The position numbers and the translations under genes were made by a program. 64,000 nt of DNA, taken from assembly GCA_050173015.1 (NCBI GenBank), contig JBFXLE010000008.1, positions 96,584 to 160,583 on the forward strand, read 5' to 3'. Within the stretch, counting starts at the first letter, position 1, and each line of letters starts with the position of its first letter. The stretch is from Calditrichaceae bacterium. GTDB taxonomy: Bacteria > Calditrichota > Calditrichia > Calditrichales > JBFXGD01. Of the stretch, positions 31,679-40,769 are shown in pieces. The notes under the pieces are model-generated. The model was given only the letters and a program-made list of their open reading frames with translations. It did not search any database and was not told where the DNA came from.

Positions 31679-32374
31679 CTATAATTTTGTCAATCCGCCG
31701 AATCTAATCCATTCAAAGCACTTTTCAAGTGAACCCTGCAGCTCTCCGCGATCGTTACCTATCCAATAATTATGCAGACCGGCTTCTTTTGCCGGCTCTA
31801 TATCATTCTGCAGATCATTGCCAATCATGATCGCTTCTTCTGGTTCCACATCAAGTTTATTCAGAATTTCCTGATAATATTTGGGATCAGGCTTACAAAA
31901 ATGAGAATTTTCATAGGTGGTAATGAGCGAGAAAGAAAAGTCAGACAGGCCCGCCCAGTCTATCCTGTGTTCAATGGCCCGGGCGGGAAAAAGCGGATTT
32001 GTCGCGATAACCACCTGGCATCCCCATTTAAAGAGCTCACTGACAAAATCTCGCGCGATGGGAATCGGTCTGGTATATTTTTTCAGCATCGGAAACTGTT
32101 CATCATAAAAGGAATCGATTACCGGCCGAACGACCGAAGCCGGATGGCTGAGACGGGGATAGAAATAGTCGTCAAAAACTTCTTTATTGGTTTTGGAAGA
32201 ATCCCCGTTTTGAATCATCTCTTTTGTACCTTCCAGGACCAGATTAATCATATCGTCAGGCGGAAGGTACTCATTCATCTTACGGCTTAACGCTTCAAAA
32301 TAGACCGGAATGAATCGGTCCATATTTGTATCAAGCAGCGTATCATCAAGATCAAGCAATACGGCTCGGATCAC
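31679..32374 (-). CDS. HAD-family hydrolase
   Basis: DLDDTL, ATNP, CKP, MIGND..NDI. Confidence 0.85.
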   Translation of the reverse strand: MIRAVLLDLDDTLLDTNMDRFIPVYFEALSRKMNEYLPPDDMINLVLEGTKEMIQNGDSSKTNKEVFDDYFYPRLSHPASVVRPVIDSFYDEQFPMLKKYTRPIPIARDFVSELFKWGCQVVIATNPLFPARAIEHRIDWAGLSDFSFSLITTYENSHFCKPDPKYYQEILNKLDVEPEEAIMIGNDLQNDIEPAKEAGLHNYWIGNDRGELQGSLEKCFEWIRFGGLTKL

Positions 32375-32547
32375 CAGGAAACTCCTTTCCGGTTAATTCC
32401 AATGTATATTGAAAACAGAATTTAAGAAAATCAAACGTCTTTATCTAAAACAAAAAAAGATTCCTGATTGGAAATCTGATCATTTTTATAAAATTGATGG
32501 AAATTCACAGCGAAAAAAGAGATAGCGGGCTTACCGGAAGAGGGTAG

Positions 32548-33558
32548 TCAGATGATCGTCCAGCCATATTTAATCAGAGCAATCAGAAAAGTGTAGGCTA
32601 TAAAGCAGAATAAACTTGTTTTAATAAAGCGGATTTTCATCATTCCGGCTATATCAGAAATACTATTATTTTTCGAAAAGAACACCATTAAACCGGCGGA
32701 CATCCCCGTCAAACCGCCGGTGAAAAGTAATCCATAAAGAAGGTAACCCACATGTAGGTAATTTGCCCAAAGCATATCAAAGGGACAGTGATGCGAAGGC
32801 ATCGCGTAAATGTATTTTGAAAAATGAACGATAAGCGCGTCCAACGCGGCGATAAACAAGAGTGGTGAAAGCAGACCCGTCACATAACCGGTTCGCTGAA
32901 GAAGTTTGGTCTGCCGCTTTTTCAAGCCAAGCACAGCGAGTATGACATAGAAAATCAGCAATCCGTAAAAAAGATATACTTTTACTGATTCATTATCGCT
33001 GCTGTCAAAAGAATTTTGTGACATCGGGTTGTCACTGAATGAAATACTGCAGCAGGTAGTGATGATATTTGGATTAATATTAAGATAGTACTGAACTTCC
33101 GAATAAATTTGTATAAATATAAACGGGATCAGTACCAGCAGCAGATAAAATTTTTGACGGGTGAGTGGAAATTCAGGGATCTTCTGATCAAGATTATTTA
33201 TAACAAGCCATAACCCGTAAATAAAAAATCCGCCTATCTTGAGGTAAAGCGTCATCCAACCAAAACTATTTGTATTTAAAGCGCCCGTTCCGCACATGGC
33301 GCCCTTGATCAGCGCCGGGAAATGATCATTTACGGTCACGACAAAAAGCAGGAGCGAGATCATCTGAAACCCGAACACATAATTCATCACGGTCGATACA
33401 AGATGTGTTTTTCTTTCCAGCAGAAGCTGTTCATCCGTCGATGACTGAATATCCCATTTTCGGGCGATCTGAACTCCGATGCCGACCGCATAGACGGAGA
33501 ACACAAGCACAAAGATATCTCCGATCAGCATTACGATGACCCACAGATCGGTCAGCAT
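32548..33558 (-). CDS. Polytopic membrane protein with Cys/His motifs, last gene of the nos-linked cassette
   Basis: About 8 hydrophobic segments; GAMCGTG, TTCCS, HHCPFD; abuts the upstream ATPase. Confidence 0.75.
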   Translation of the reverse strand: MLTDLWVIVMLIGDIFVLVFSVYAVGIGVQIARKWDIQSSTDEQLLLERKTHLVSTVMNYVFGFQMISLLLFVVTVNDHFPALIKGAMCGTGALNTNSFGWMTLYLKIGGFFIYGLWLVINNLDQKIPEFPLTRQKFYLLLVLIPFIFIQIYSEVQYYLNINPNIITTCCSISFSDNPMSQNSFDSSDNESVKVYLFYGLLIFYVILAVLGLKKRQTKLLQRTGYVTGLLSPLLFIAALDALIVHFSKYIYAMPSHHCPFDMLWANYLHVGYLLYGLLFTGGLTGMSAGLMVFFSKNNSISDIAGMMKIRFIKTSLFCFIAYTFLIALIKYGWTII

Positions 33559-34251
33559 CTATTCATGCTCCCCATCGACCAGGTGACCGTCCCTCATACA
33601 AATGATGCGGCCTATCAGATCCGATTCATACACAAGGGGATCATGAGTGGCAATGATCTGCGTTTTACCCTGTTCTTTAAGATCCCGGAAAATATCCATA
33701 ATCTGTCCGGATAATTTTGTGTCAAGATGAGCAGTCGGTTCGTCAGCCATGATAATTTCCGGATCGGTAATCAATGCCCGGGCAATGGCCACGCGTTGAG
33801 CTTCGCCGCCGGAAAGTGTATCAATTTTAAAATTCAGCCGGTGAGAAATATCCAGACTTTCGGCGATCTTCATCGTCCTCCTGTTGAGTTCTCCGATATT
33901 TGGTCCCGAGGGAATCATTGGGATAATGATATTCTGCGCCGCCGTCAGTCCGCTGATCAGATTAAAATTTTGAAATATAAATCCAATATGTTGTCTTCTG
34001 AACAAGGTCAGGAATTTCTCTGTCCATTTTGAGACCCTGTTTCCGAGGATAATCACATCACCCGAAGTCGGTTTGGCCATGCACCCCAGCACGGCCATTA
34101 AAGTTGTTTTGCCTGATCCGGAGGGACCCTTGAGCGCTATGACTTCTCCTTTTTTTATATTTAAGTCAACACTTCGAACAGCATCGACCTCATTGACTTT
34201 ATCCTTATTAAAAGTTTTTGACAGTTTTTGAGTCACAATCATATCAGGCAT
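33559..34251 (-). CDS. ABC transporter ATP-binding protein (LolD/MacB-type)
   Basis: GPSGSGKTT, IGFIFQNFNL, LSGGEAQRVAIARAL, ADEPTAHLD, ATHD. Confidence 0.92.
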   Translation of the reverse strand: MPDMIVTQKLSKTFNKDKVNEVDAVRSVDLNIKKGEVIALKGPSGSGKTTLMAVLGCMAKPTSGDVIILGNRVSKWTEKFLTLFRRQHIGFIFQNFNLISGLTAAQNIIIPMIPSGPNIGELNRRTMKIAESLDISHRLNFKIDTLSGGEAQRVAIARALITDPEIIMADEPTAHLDTKLSGQIMDIFRDLKEQGKTQIIATHDPLVYESDLIGRIICMRDGHLVDGEHE

Positions 34252-35407
34252 GCATCACCTCCGAAGGGTCAATGACCGCCGCTTTCCAGGATGGTATCAT
34301 CGTCGCGGCGATATAAGGCACAACAGCAAGAACCAGAATCAGAAGCACACTGCCGATTTGCACGACCGGCAGCAGATTAAAATCGGGATAAATTACCGAC
34401 CAGCCGACTAAAAACGGCTTTAACAAGGGCGCCTGAAATATAAAATCATGCGCATACGCGCCGATTAATCCAATAAGAGTCGCGGTTAGCGAAATGGATA
34501 TACCTTCCCAGAATTTTAGTAAGAGTATATCCGATATTTCCCAGCCGACAGCCTTTAGTATTCCCAGTTCTTTTTTTGCTTCTGCTGAGATACCGGAGGC
34601 TCTTTGCCAGGCCAGAATCATATAGGCAAAAAGGGAAATCAGCAGTCCGAACATAAACAAGCCCCCTCGATACCCAAACAAAGCTTCGTAGGTTGATTTT
34701 ATTTCCGATTTTGTAACAACTCTCACGGAAGCAAAACGGCGGTCAATTTTGCGGCTGATATTTTCTATTTCATCATCATTGAAAACATAGACGGAAAGAT
34801 CGCTGTAATCTTTTTGTTTCAATCCGACAATCTTTCGCGCGTCTTCTATGGGAAGGATGATCAAATCCCTGGTCAGCAGATCCGATGGTGAGCTAAACCG
34901 GCCGGTTATCGTAAAATTATGCAGATTTTCATCCGTGTCAAAAAGGCTCAGGTTGTCCTGAAGTCTCAGGTAGTGCGTCTCCATAAAACCGGTTCCGCAA
35001 ACCGCTATTCCCCGGTCACCGGGTTGAATTCCCTTTCCTTCCACTATGGTGAGATCTCCGGTAAGAGAATCAGCTCCGATTAAGGTAAACACTCCGCCGG
35101 TGGGTGAATCAAAATAATACCCCCAAACGCGCGGAACAACCGATTTAATACCTCGTATTTCGCTGATACTCTGCGCAAGACTGTCCGGTATTTCAACCAT
35201 TCGGCCCGCTTTGATCTTCTGCACCGTAATATCGGGCGCGGTGCTAAGCACCTGCTGTGTTTCATATGACAGCGACTGGATAAAAAAGACAATGGAAGCG
35301 TAAGCAAATACAACCACCGAAAATATGGTGATAACTCCAAGATGCCATTTCCAGTTACGCCGCATTGATGTTAAAAAGAATGCCAGAATAAATAAATGCC
35401 GTCTCAT
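34244..35407 (-). CDS. FtsX/MacB-like ABC permease
   Basis: One TM, a large periplasmic domain, then three TMs; KKELGILKAVGW; IPSWKAAVIDP. Confidence 0.85.
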   Translation of the reverse strand: MRRHLFILAFFLTSMRRNWKWHLGVITIFSVVVFAYASIVFFIQSLSYETQQVLSTAPDITVQKIKAGRMVEIPDSLAQSISEIRGIKSVVPRVWGYYFDSPTGGVFTLIGADSLTGDLTIVEGKGIQPGDRGIAVCGTGFMETHYLRLQDNLSLFDTDENLHNFTITGRFSSPSDLLTRDLIILPIEDARKIVGLKQKDYSDLSVYVFNDDEIENISRKIDRRFASVRVVTKSEIKSTYEALFGYRGGLFMFGLLISLFAYMILAWQRASGISAEAKKELGILKAVGWEISDILLLKFWEGISISLTATLIGLIGAYAHDFIFQAPLLKPFLVGWSVIYPDFNLLPVVQIGSVLLILVLAVVPYIAATMIPSWKAAVIDPSEVMHA

Positions 35408-35772
35408 TTCTTATTCCCGTTGATTGGAATTTTGTTTTTAGTGACAACAGTTTGTGAAGATTGCATCATTTTTACCTGCGAAGGCGGCCAAAAAAACGTG
35501 GATGTCGGAAAATGATCCAAAAATCCGGGGATATCCTGAAAAGCCGCGGCCGGTTCCGGCAGAGCAATATGTCGGGTATGTCTTGATTCCGTTGTCACAC
35601 ACATATCGGTAAGATGCAGCAGCCTGACAATCTCAGCTTCCTCAACCAATCTCTGCTCATTCGATACTACCGCGCGACTGTGCAGAACGAGAATGGTGAA
35701 AATCACAATCAGCATAACCGTTAAAAAAGCATACATTTTCAGAATTATAAAATCACGATCAAGACCGGTCAT
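35404..35772 (-). CDS. Small membrane-anchored hypothetical protein
   Basis: N-terminal TM, LTDMCVTTESRHTRH motif; 4-bp overlap with the permease. Confidence 0.7.
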   Translation of the reverse strand: MTGLDRDFIILKMYAFLTVMLIVIFTILVLHSRAVVSNEQRLVEEAEIVRLLHLTDMCVTTESRHTRHIALPEPAAAFQDIPGFLDHFPTSTFFWPPSQVKMMQSSQTVVTKNKIPINGNKK

Positions 35773-35781
35773 TATCTACTC

Positions 35782-36636
35782 TCATTTGTCGCTAACCTTC
35801 TTCATGAATTCAATTATTTCAACGGATGTCAGTAACTTCCCACGGTGAATTTTGATAAATTCTTCAGCAATCATTTTTTCTTTAAATGCCAGTACGGGCA
35901 TTTTTCCCGCGTTCAGAAGCACATTACTGTTTATTACAAACCATGCTTTTTCCATTCCGAAGGGAAAACCCGTTGTAAAATTTATGACCCTGATATTGCT
36001 TAAATTACCGCCGTCCATTTTAATCTTCGCGCATTTAAGACCACATGCGTTAACGATCCCTTTATCCGTGATTATTTCCAGGCGTGAAAGTTGTTTTTCA
36101 TATACGGGTTGCTCACAGTGGTAGCAAACCCCGATTTTTTCCCCGGGCTCAGGATAAAACACTCTTGAATAATCGTTCACACTGTTTTCTCTAGCCAGTT
36201 TTAGGATCGATTCCGTTCCGAAAATTGATCCGCCATGCTGACTGACAAAATAAACAGCCCTGTCTTGCCGGTCAAATACCATCACAGGAAATATAGCGTT
36301 CGCCGGATAATGATTTCCCCCAAGAACAAAAATCGCGTTTGCCGCGGAAATCATCCGGCCCGAATAATATTCTTTTACATACATGTCAGCATACCGGTCT
36401 GAATTGTCGATAAGTTTTATCGCGCATGGCAGCGAGCAGGCATATTCCGGATCCTTCCCCTTAAGAATCAAATCAACTTTGGTCATCATATTCTCATAAA
36501 TATCTGCTCCGCAATTTATACATGTACTGATTTTTTTACCCAGATCAGGTTTGAAGAATTTATCAGCTTCCCCTGAAATGGCGCTTGCGGCCATGACAAA
36601 CATCAGAAAAACGATATACCATTTCTTATATGACAT
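35782..36636 (-). CDS. nosL: Secreted tandem NosL-like protein (two domains)
   Basis: Signal peptide; CINC...CSLPC and CYHC...CGLKC; each domain ends with a NosL-like AxFV...F...A..F...GG/RG tail. Confidence 0.72.
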   Translation of the reverse strand: MSYKKWYIVFLMFVMAASAISGEADKFFKPDLGKKISTCINCGADIYENMMTKVDLILKGKDPEYACSLPCAIKLIDNSDRYADMYVKEYYSGRMISAANAIFVLGGNHYPANAIFPVMVFDRQDRAVYFVSQHGGSIFGTESILKLARENSVNDYSRVFYPEPGEKIGVCYHCEQPVYEKQLSRLEIITDKGIVNACGLKCAKIKMDGGNLSNIRVINFTTGFPFGMEKAWFVINSNVLLNAGKMPVLAFKEKMIAEEFIKIHRGKLLTSVEIIEFMKKVSDK

Positions 36637-37441
36637 TGGTAACCTCCTGTGAATGATATGAATTTACCGCGGCAGCAGCCGCTCCTATAGCCGTCGTAAC
36701 CTGGGGCTGTCTGCATATTACCACCGGCCTCATCAGTTCATCTTCCAACGCCGCCAGCATACCTCTGTTCAAGGCGGCGCCGCCATCAAACAGGATGACA
36801 TCTTCGACCTTTACCCTCCCCGCTAAACGGGCAATCCTTCTCGCTATGGAATAATGGATGCCGGCCGCGATCTCGCTTTTGCTATGTCCCGCGGCCAGAA
36901 GAGAGATGATTTCTGATTCCGCGAAAACAGCGCATGTGCTGTTTATCGGCAATGGCTGATCAGCGCTTTGAAAATGTAGTTCGGCAAATTCGGAAAGATC
37001 TACTTCCAGATTTCTTGCGGCCATTTCCAGAAACCGTCCCGTCCCGGCCGCGCATTTATCGTTCATTACAAAATTGCTCACATGACCATCAGGATCTAGT
37101 TCAATCACTTTGGCATCCTGTCCGCCAACATTTATAATCGTCCGTATATTACCCGATTCACGGCATGTCAGAACCGAACCCATGGCGTTGGCTGTTATTT
37201 CATTGATTGATTCATCACTGTCCTTAAACAGCTTCCTTCCATAGCCCGTTGAGACCGTGTAAAGCAATTCATCCCTGTTCAGGTTGTTTTTATCCAGCAG
37301 CGTCTGCAGCCCGTCCGCCGCGTTTTTATTAAAGCTGCTGCCGGTAGGAGATGTGCCGGTGGCAATTAATTGAAGTGAATCATCAAGCAGGGCAATTTTT
37401 ATCGCGCTTGATCCGATATCAATTCCCGCGTAATAAGACAT
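36626..37441 (-). CDS. ATP-dependent [4Fe-4S] activase (HgdC/BcrAD/DCCP-R family)
   Basis: GIDIGSS, STGYGR, GGQDAK, MNDKCAAGTGRFLE, INSTCAVFAESE. Confidence 0.92.
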   Translation of the reverse strand: MSYYAGIDIGSSAIKIALLDDSLQLIATGTSPTGSSFNKNAADGLQTLLDKNNLNRDELLYTVSTGYGRKLFKDSDESINEITANAMGSVLTCRESGNIRTIINVGGQDAKVIELDPDGHVSNFVMNDKCAAGTGRFLEMAARNLEVDLSEFAELHFQSADQPLPINSTCAVFAESEIISLLAAGHSKSEIAAGIHYSIARRIARLAGRVKVEDVILFDGGAALNRGMLAALEDELMRPVVICRQPQVTTAIGAAAAAVNSYHSQEVTNVI

Positions 37442-38738
37442 TCTCTGTCTCCGAATGGTTTTTCCGTTTTTTCAATTTTATTGATTCGAGAAACGCTTCT
37501 ATTCTAGTTGATAACTGTCCCGCGTCTTCAGGGCTGTAATCGGTTTCAATATAAAGCATGGGTATTCCTTCATCGGAAAGCAGTCTGCCTGTTTTACGTG
37601 ATTCCAGTTCATAGAGCTGACACCCCGCGAATGCCTGATAAATGACCCCGTCCACCGCAAACTGCCGGACATTGTCTAACAACTTCCGGAATCTGTCTGA
37701 ATTCGGAGTGAAATTCGGACAGGTCCCCGGCTTAAGATAGCGGTCCGCGATCGCCGGAATCATATCATATAAATACCACTCATCCACGGCAACAGTGTCA
37801 TAAAGCAAGCGCGTGGTCGAACAAAATTCTTCTGTAACCACAATTCCCCCCAGTTTTTCGATTAAAACGGGAAGTTTCATGTTTGGAAATATTGACGGCG
37901 ATCCTGTCAGAAGAATTCGCGGAGCTCTTTCAGCGGCGACAGCGCGCCTTTCAATTTTTCTTGCCTCCATCTCATCATTCAGGCGGGATAAGGCCGCGGT
38001 CCATGACATGATATCATCAAAGAAAAAGGTGTTTGATATGAGTATGGCGTCTTTTCCGCCAATAACCGGCAACGTTTTGCGATTTTCATTGAACCTTCGG
38101 AACTGATTTTGCGCCTCAGCCACCATTTTTATGGAGTCGCGCAATCTGCTTCTCGTTATCCTTTGGCCGGTCACTTTTTCAAGCTTCAGAACCAGTTTTT
38201 TGACTGCCCCCTGCCAATAGAAACGGGCCTCTTCACTATCTTTTGTCGGCGGTACTTCGAGAGTGTAAAATTCGGCGTCAATGTCTTCGACGACTTCCGG
38301 GAGCTTCTTTTTTTGATCACAGGTTGTTGGATTTATAATCAGATCCGGCTTTACATTTCGAGCGAATGTATTCGCGTATAGTGAGCCCAGAGTGGATTTA
38401 ATCAATGGACATGTTTTGGCGGGAAGAAATTCGGCGCCTATGGTATCTGTCGCATAAGCCCCGGAACATATCCGAACCGGGATCGCTCCCGCCGCATAGA
38501 TTAGTTCCAGCGGGACGTGAATACACATTGTCGCGATGACTTTTTTTCCGTTGGGATTAAATCCTGAACTATCGGAATACCATTTCAGCTTATCATAAAA
38601 ATATTCCATCGCTTTCAGATTCTCCGGAAAATCATCCATGATCTCCCGAAGGCTCTTATTTGATTCCATACGAAGATGAACCGCCGCCGTTTTTTTGATG
38701 CGCTCTTTTCTGTTTAAAGTGTCGCTCATTTCTCCCAT
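37419..38738 (-). CDS. 2-hydroxyacyl-CoA dehydratase-superfamily protein, probable double-cubane cluster protein (DCCP)
   Basis: Single subunit with Cys72/110/140 (ATMC, TCPLIKS, TTCDQKKK) and Cys306/340/373 (EEFC, TCPNFTPN, AGCQLY); C-terminal IETDYS..D.GQLSTRIEAF. Confidence 0.8.
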   Translation of the reverse strand: MGEMSDTLNRKERIKKTAAVHLRMESNKSLREIMDDFPENLKAMEYFYDKLKWYSDSSGFNPNGKKVIATMCIHVPLELIYAAGAIPVRICSGAYATDTIGAEFLPAKTCPLIKSTLGSLYANTFARNVKPDLIINPTTCDQKKKLPEVVEDIDAEFYTLEVPPTKDSEEARFYWQGAVKKLVLKLEKVTGQRITRSRLRDSIKMVAEAQNQFRRFNENRKTLPVIGGKDAILISNTFFFDDIMSWTAALSRLNDEMEARKIERRAVAAERAPRILLTGSPSIFPNMKLPVLIEKLGGIVVTEEFCSTTRLLYDTVAVDEWYLYDMIPAIADRYLKPGTCPNFTPNSDRFRKLLDNVRQFAVDGVIYQAFAGCQLYELESRKTGRLLSDEGIPMLYIETDYSPEDAGQLSTRIEAFLESIKLKKRKNHSETENVLLRGN

Positions 38739-39730
38739 CCGGTCACCTCCGATTTTTCGGTAACATTAAATCTTTTAAAAAATCCTTTTTCAGTCGATGT
38801 AAATACCGGCATGGTCAGAATCGACACCTTAAGACAATCGTTCTCAGGGCAGGCTTCAACGCATTTAAAACACATCATGCAGTCATCCCGTACAATATTT
38901 TTACTTTCAATATCATCCGCGATTTCTTTGATCCCCACATCACACACACGATGACAATTTCCACAACGGGTGCATTTCGATCCATCCTTGGTCAGCCTCA
39001 GTAATGATGCTTTTGAAAATATATATTGCAGCGCGCTCATTGGACAGAAAAAACAAAAAAACCGCTTTTTCACAAACGAACCTGTGATGAACAGACCGGT
39101 CACAATGAGTCCCAGTGTGGACATAATGATGGTCGTACCCGAACTGAAATCTACCGCGAACTGCGATGTATCACCTGAAAATAAAGGCAAAACCGTTCTA
39201 CCCGGACAAACCTGGCAAAACGGAGCGGACAGATCATGTGAAAATTTTGGAAGGCCGAAAAGTGAATTGCTCATCCCTAAAGGAATCAGAATAAGGAGAA
39301 TCAACAGAATGTATTTTATCTTCTTCAGATGTTTAAAGGTTAGTTCATCGTATTTCGAAAAACGGACACCCGTTTTCTTTCGTAATCCGGTAATCCAGTC
39401 CTGAATCGTACCCAGAGGACAGATATACCCACACCAGGCTTTGTTAAAGAAAATGAAAAGGATAAAGAATACAACAATTCCGTTCAGCAAAGCTATACCG
39501 CGCCAGCTAAACAGGCTGCTCCAGGTTGTATGCAACCTGTGTTGCAGGCTTATCAGGAAACAGGTCCCTGCGCTGCCCTGATTATAAGGACAGGCAAAAG
39601 TCGGGATCTGGTCACTTATGTGGATAAAATAGTACCCGCCGTAAATCAGCACCAGAAATGCCGCTAGCTGAAAGTAAAATCTGAACCGGCTGATATTCGA
39701 AAAATTGATATAATCGCTGATTCTATTCAT
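38726..39730 (-). CDS. Membrane-bound 4Fe-4S protein (NapH/NosH/YccM-like)
   Basis: WCGYICPLG, FCQVCP, FCFFCPM, CTRCGNCHRVC, CMMCFKCVEACP; 4-5 TMs. Start moved to MNRISD. Confidence 0.85.
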   Translation of the reverse strand: MNRISDYINFSNISRFRFYFQLAAFLVLIYGGYYFIHISDQIPTFACPYNQGSAGTCFLISLQHRLHTTWSSLFSWRGIALLNGIVVFFILFIFFNKAWCGYICPLGTIQDWITGLRKKTGVRFSKYDELTFKHLKKIKYILLILLILIPLGMSNSLFGLPKFSHDLSAPFCQVCPGRTVLPLFSGDTSQFAVDFSSGTTIIMSTLGLIVTGLFITGSFVKKRFFCFFCPMSALQYIFSKASLLRLTKDGSKCTRCGNCHRVCDVGIKEIADDIESKNIVRDDCMMCFKCVEACPENDCLKVSILTMPVFTSTEKGFFKRFNVTEKSEVTGWEK

Positions 39731-40703
39731 TGAATGTGACCTCCCGGTACGGTACTTTTTTCCGCTCGCGATAGTAAAAAACAGCAACGGCAGCCAGGGA
39801 AAGCGCGAATACAAAAACGATCATTGCCCAGACCGCGGAAGAATACATCATTTTTGACGGAATATAACTTTCCGAAAATGTGGCAGTATACCGGACGCGC
39901 TTATAGGAACTGCCGTCAAATTCACCGTTTTCGGTAATGTCATGTTCGGATACAATCAAAAAATTAAATATTTTTTGTTTCTCAAATTCAGATAACGTTG
40001 AAAAATAGTCCTCCGGTATTTGAAATGTCACTTCTCCGTTTTTATCCGATTCTGCTAATTTAGCCCATCCGGTTTGGGTGATGAGTTTTACCTTTGAACC
40101 TGAAACCGGGGTTCCGTTAAGATTTAATTTGAAAGTTACTTTGTCACCGGACTGAATAAAGGTATGGAAATCCTCCCGGGGAAGCCTGTTTCTTATGACT
40201 TCATATGGGATATGACTTTTCAGGTCCTTGGGTTGAAGATTCGCAAGCACGTGTTTGTGCCCGTTTTGACATTTATGACTCAACCGTTCCGCTTTCGCGC
40301 TGATTATGTGCAGCGTATCTCCGGATACATATTTTTTCGTAAGATAAAGATTGTAGAATCCCTCCAGATTGCCGTTGTATATTATGGTCCCTTTCTCAAA
40401 CTCACAGTCAATCAATTTATTTTCAGGTGAGAGGAGATGGACTCGCGCATTTACGGATGGCGGGCCGGTTAAATATTCTGATTCTCCGGGCAGTGTCCCC
40501 GCCCGTATCCATTGTATGATATGAAAGACTCCCCTTTTACCGTTCCCCGGGACGGAAGAGATTTTATGCATTCCGAACGGCTGAATTTTCTTATCCGCGT
40601 CTTTCGGCGGAACATTTGATATCCAAAAAGTATTTTCCGCTTTTAAAGACGCGCCCTGAAAAATCAGAAAAATCGCAAAACAATAATAAATATATTTTTT
40701 CAT
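39723..40703 (-). CDS. Periplasmic DUF4198-like protein with C-terminal membrane anchor
   Basis: Signal peptide; HKCQNGHKH; GDKVTFKL..NGTPVSG.KV...SDKNGEVTF...H...Y.ATF pattern; C-terminal TM followed by basic residues. Confidence 0.6.
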   Translation of the reverse strand: MKKYIYYCFAIFLIFQGASLKAENTFWISNVPPKDADKKIQPFGMHKISSVPGNGKRGVFHIIQWIRAGTLPGESEYLTGPPSVNARVHLLSPENKLIDCEFEKGTIIYNGNLEGFYNLYLTKKYVSGDTLHIISAKAERLSHKCQNGHKHVLANLQPKDLKSHIPYEVIRNRLPREDFHTFIQSGDKVTFKLNLNGTPVSGSKVKLITQTGWAKLAESDKNGEVTFQIPEDYFSTLSEFEKQKIFNFLIVSEHDITENGEFDGSSYKRVRYTATFSESYIPSKMMYSSAVWAMIVFVFALSLAAVAVFYYRERKKVPYREVTFNE

Positions 40704-40769
40704 CCTGTCTGCCTTTCACTCAGGAAGTCTGAAAAATCTCTCTCACCATTTAAACGACCTCATTCCGGA

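Noticed and set aside
36626-38738. Canonical 2-hydroxyacyl-CoA dehydratase or benzoyl-CoA reductase pathway
   Set aside because: Only one dehydratase-like chain is present, it carries two Cys triads, and no partner subunit or CoA-pathway genes are in the cassette.
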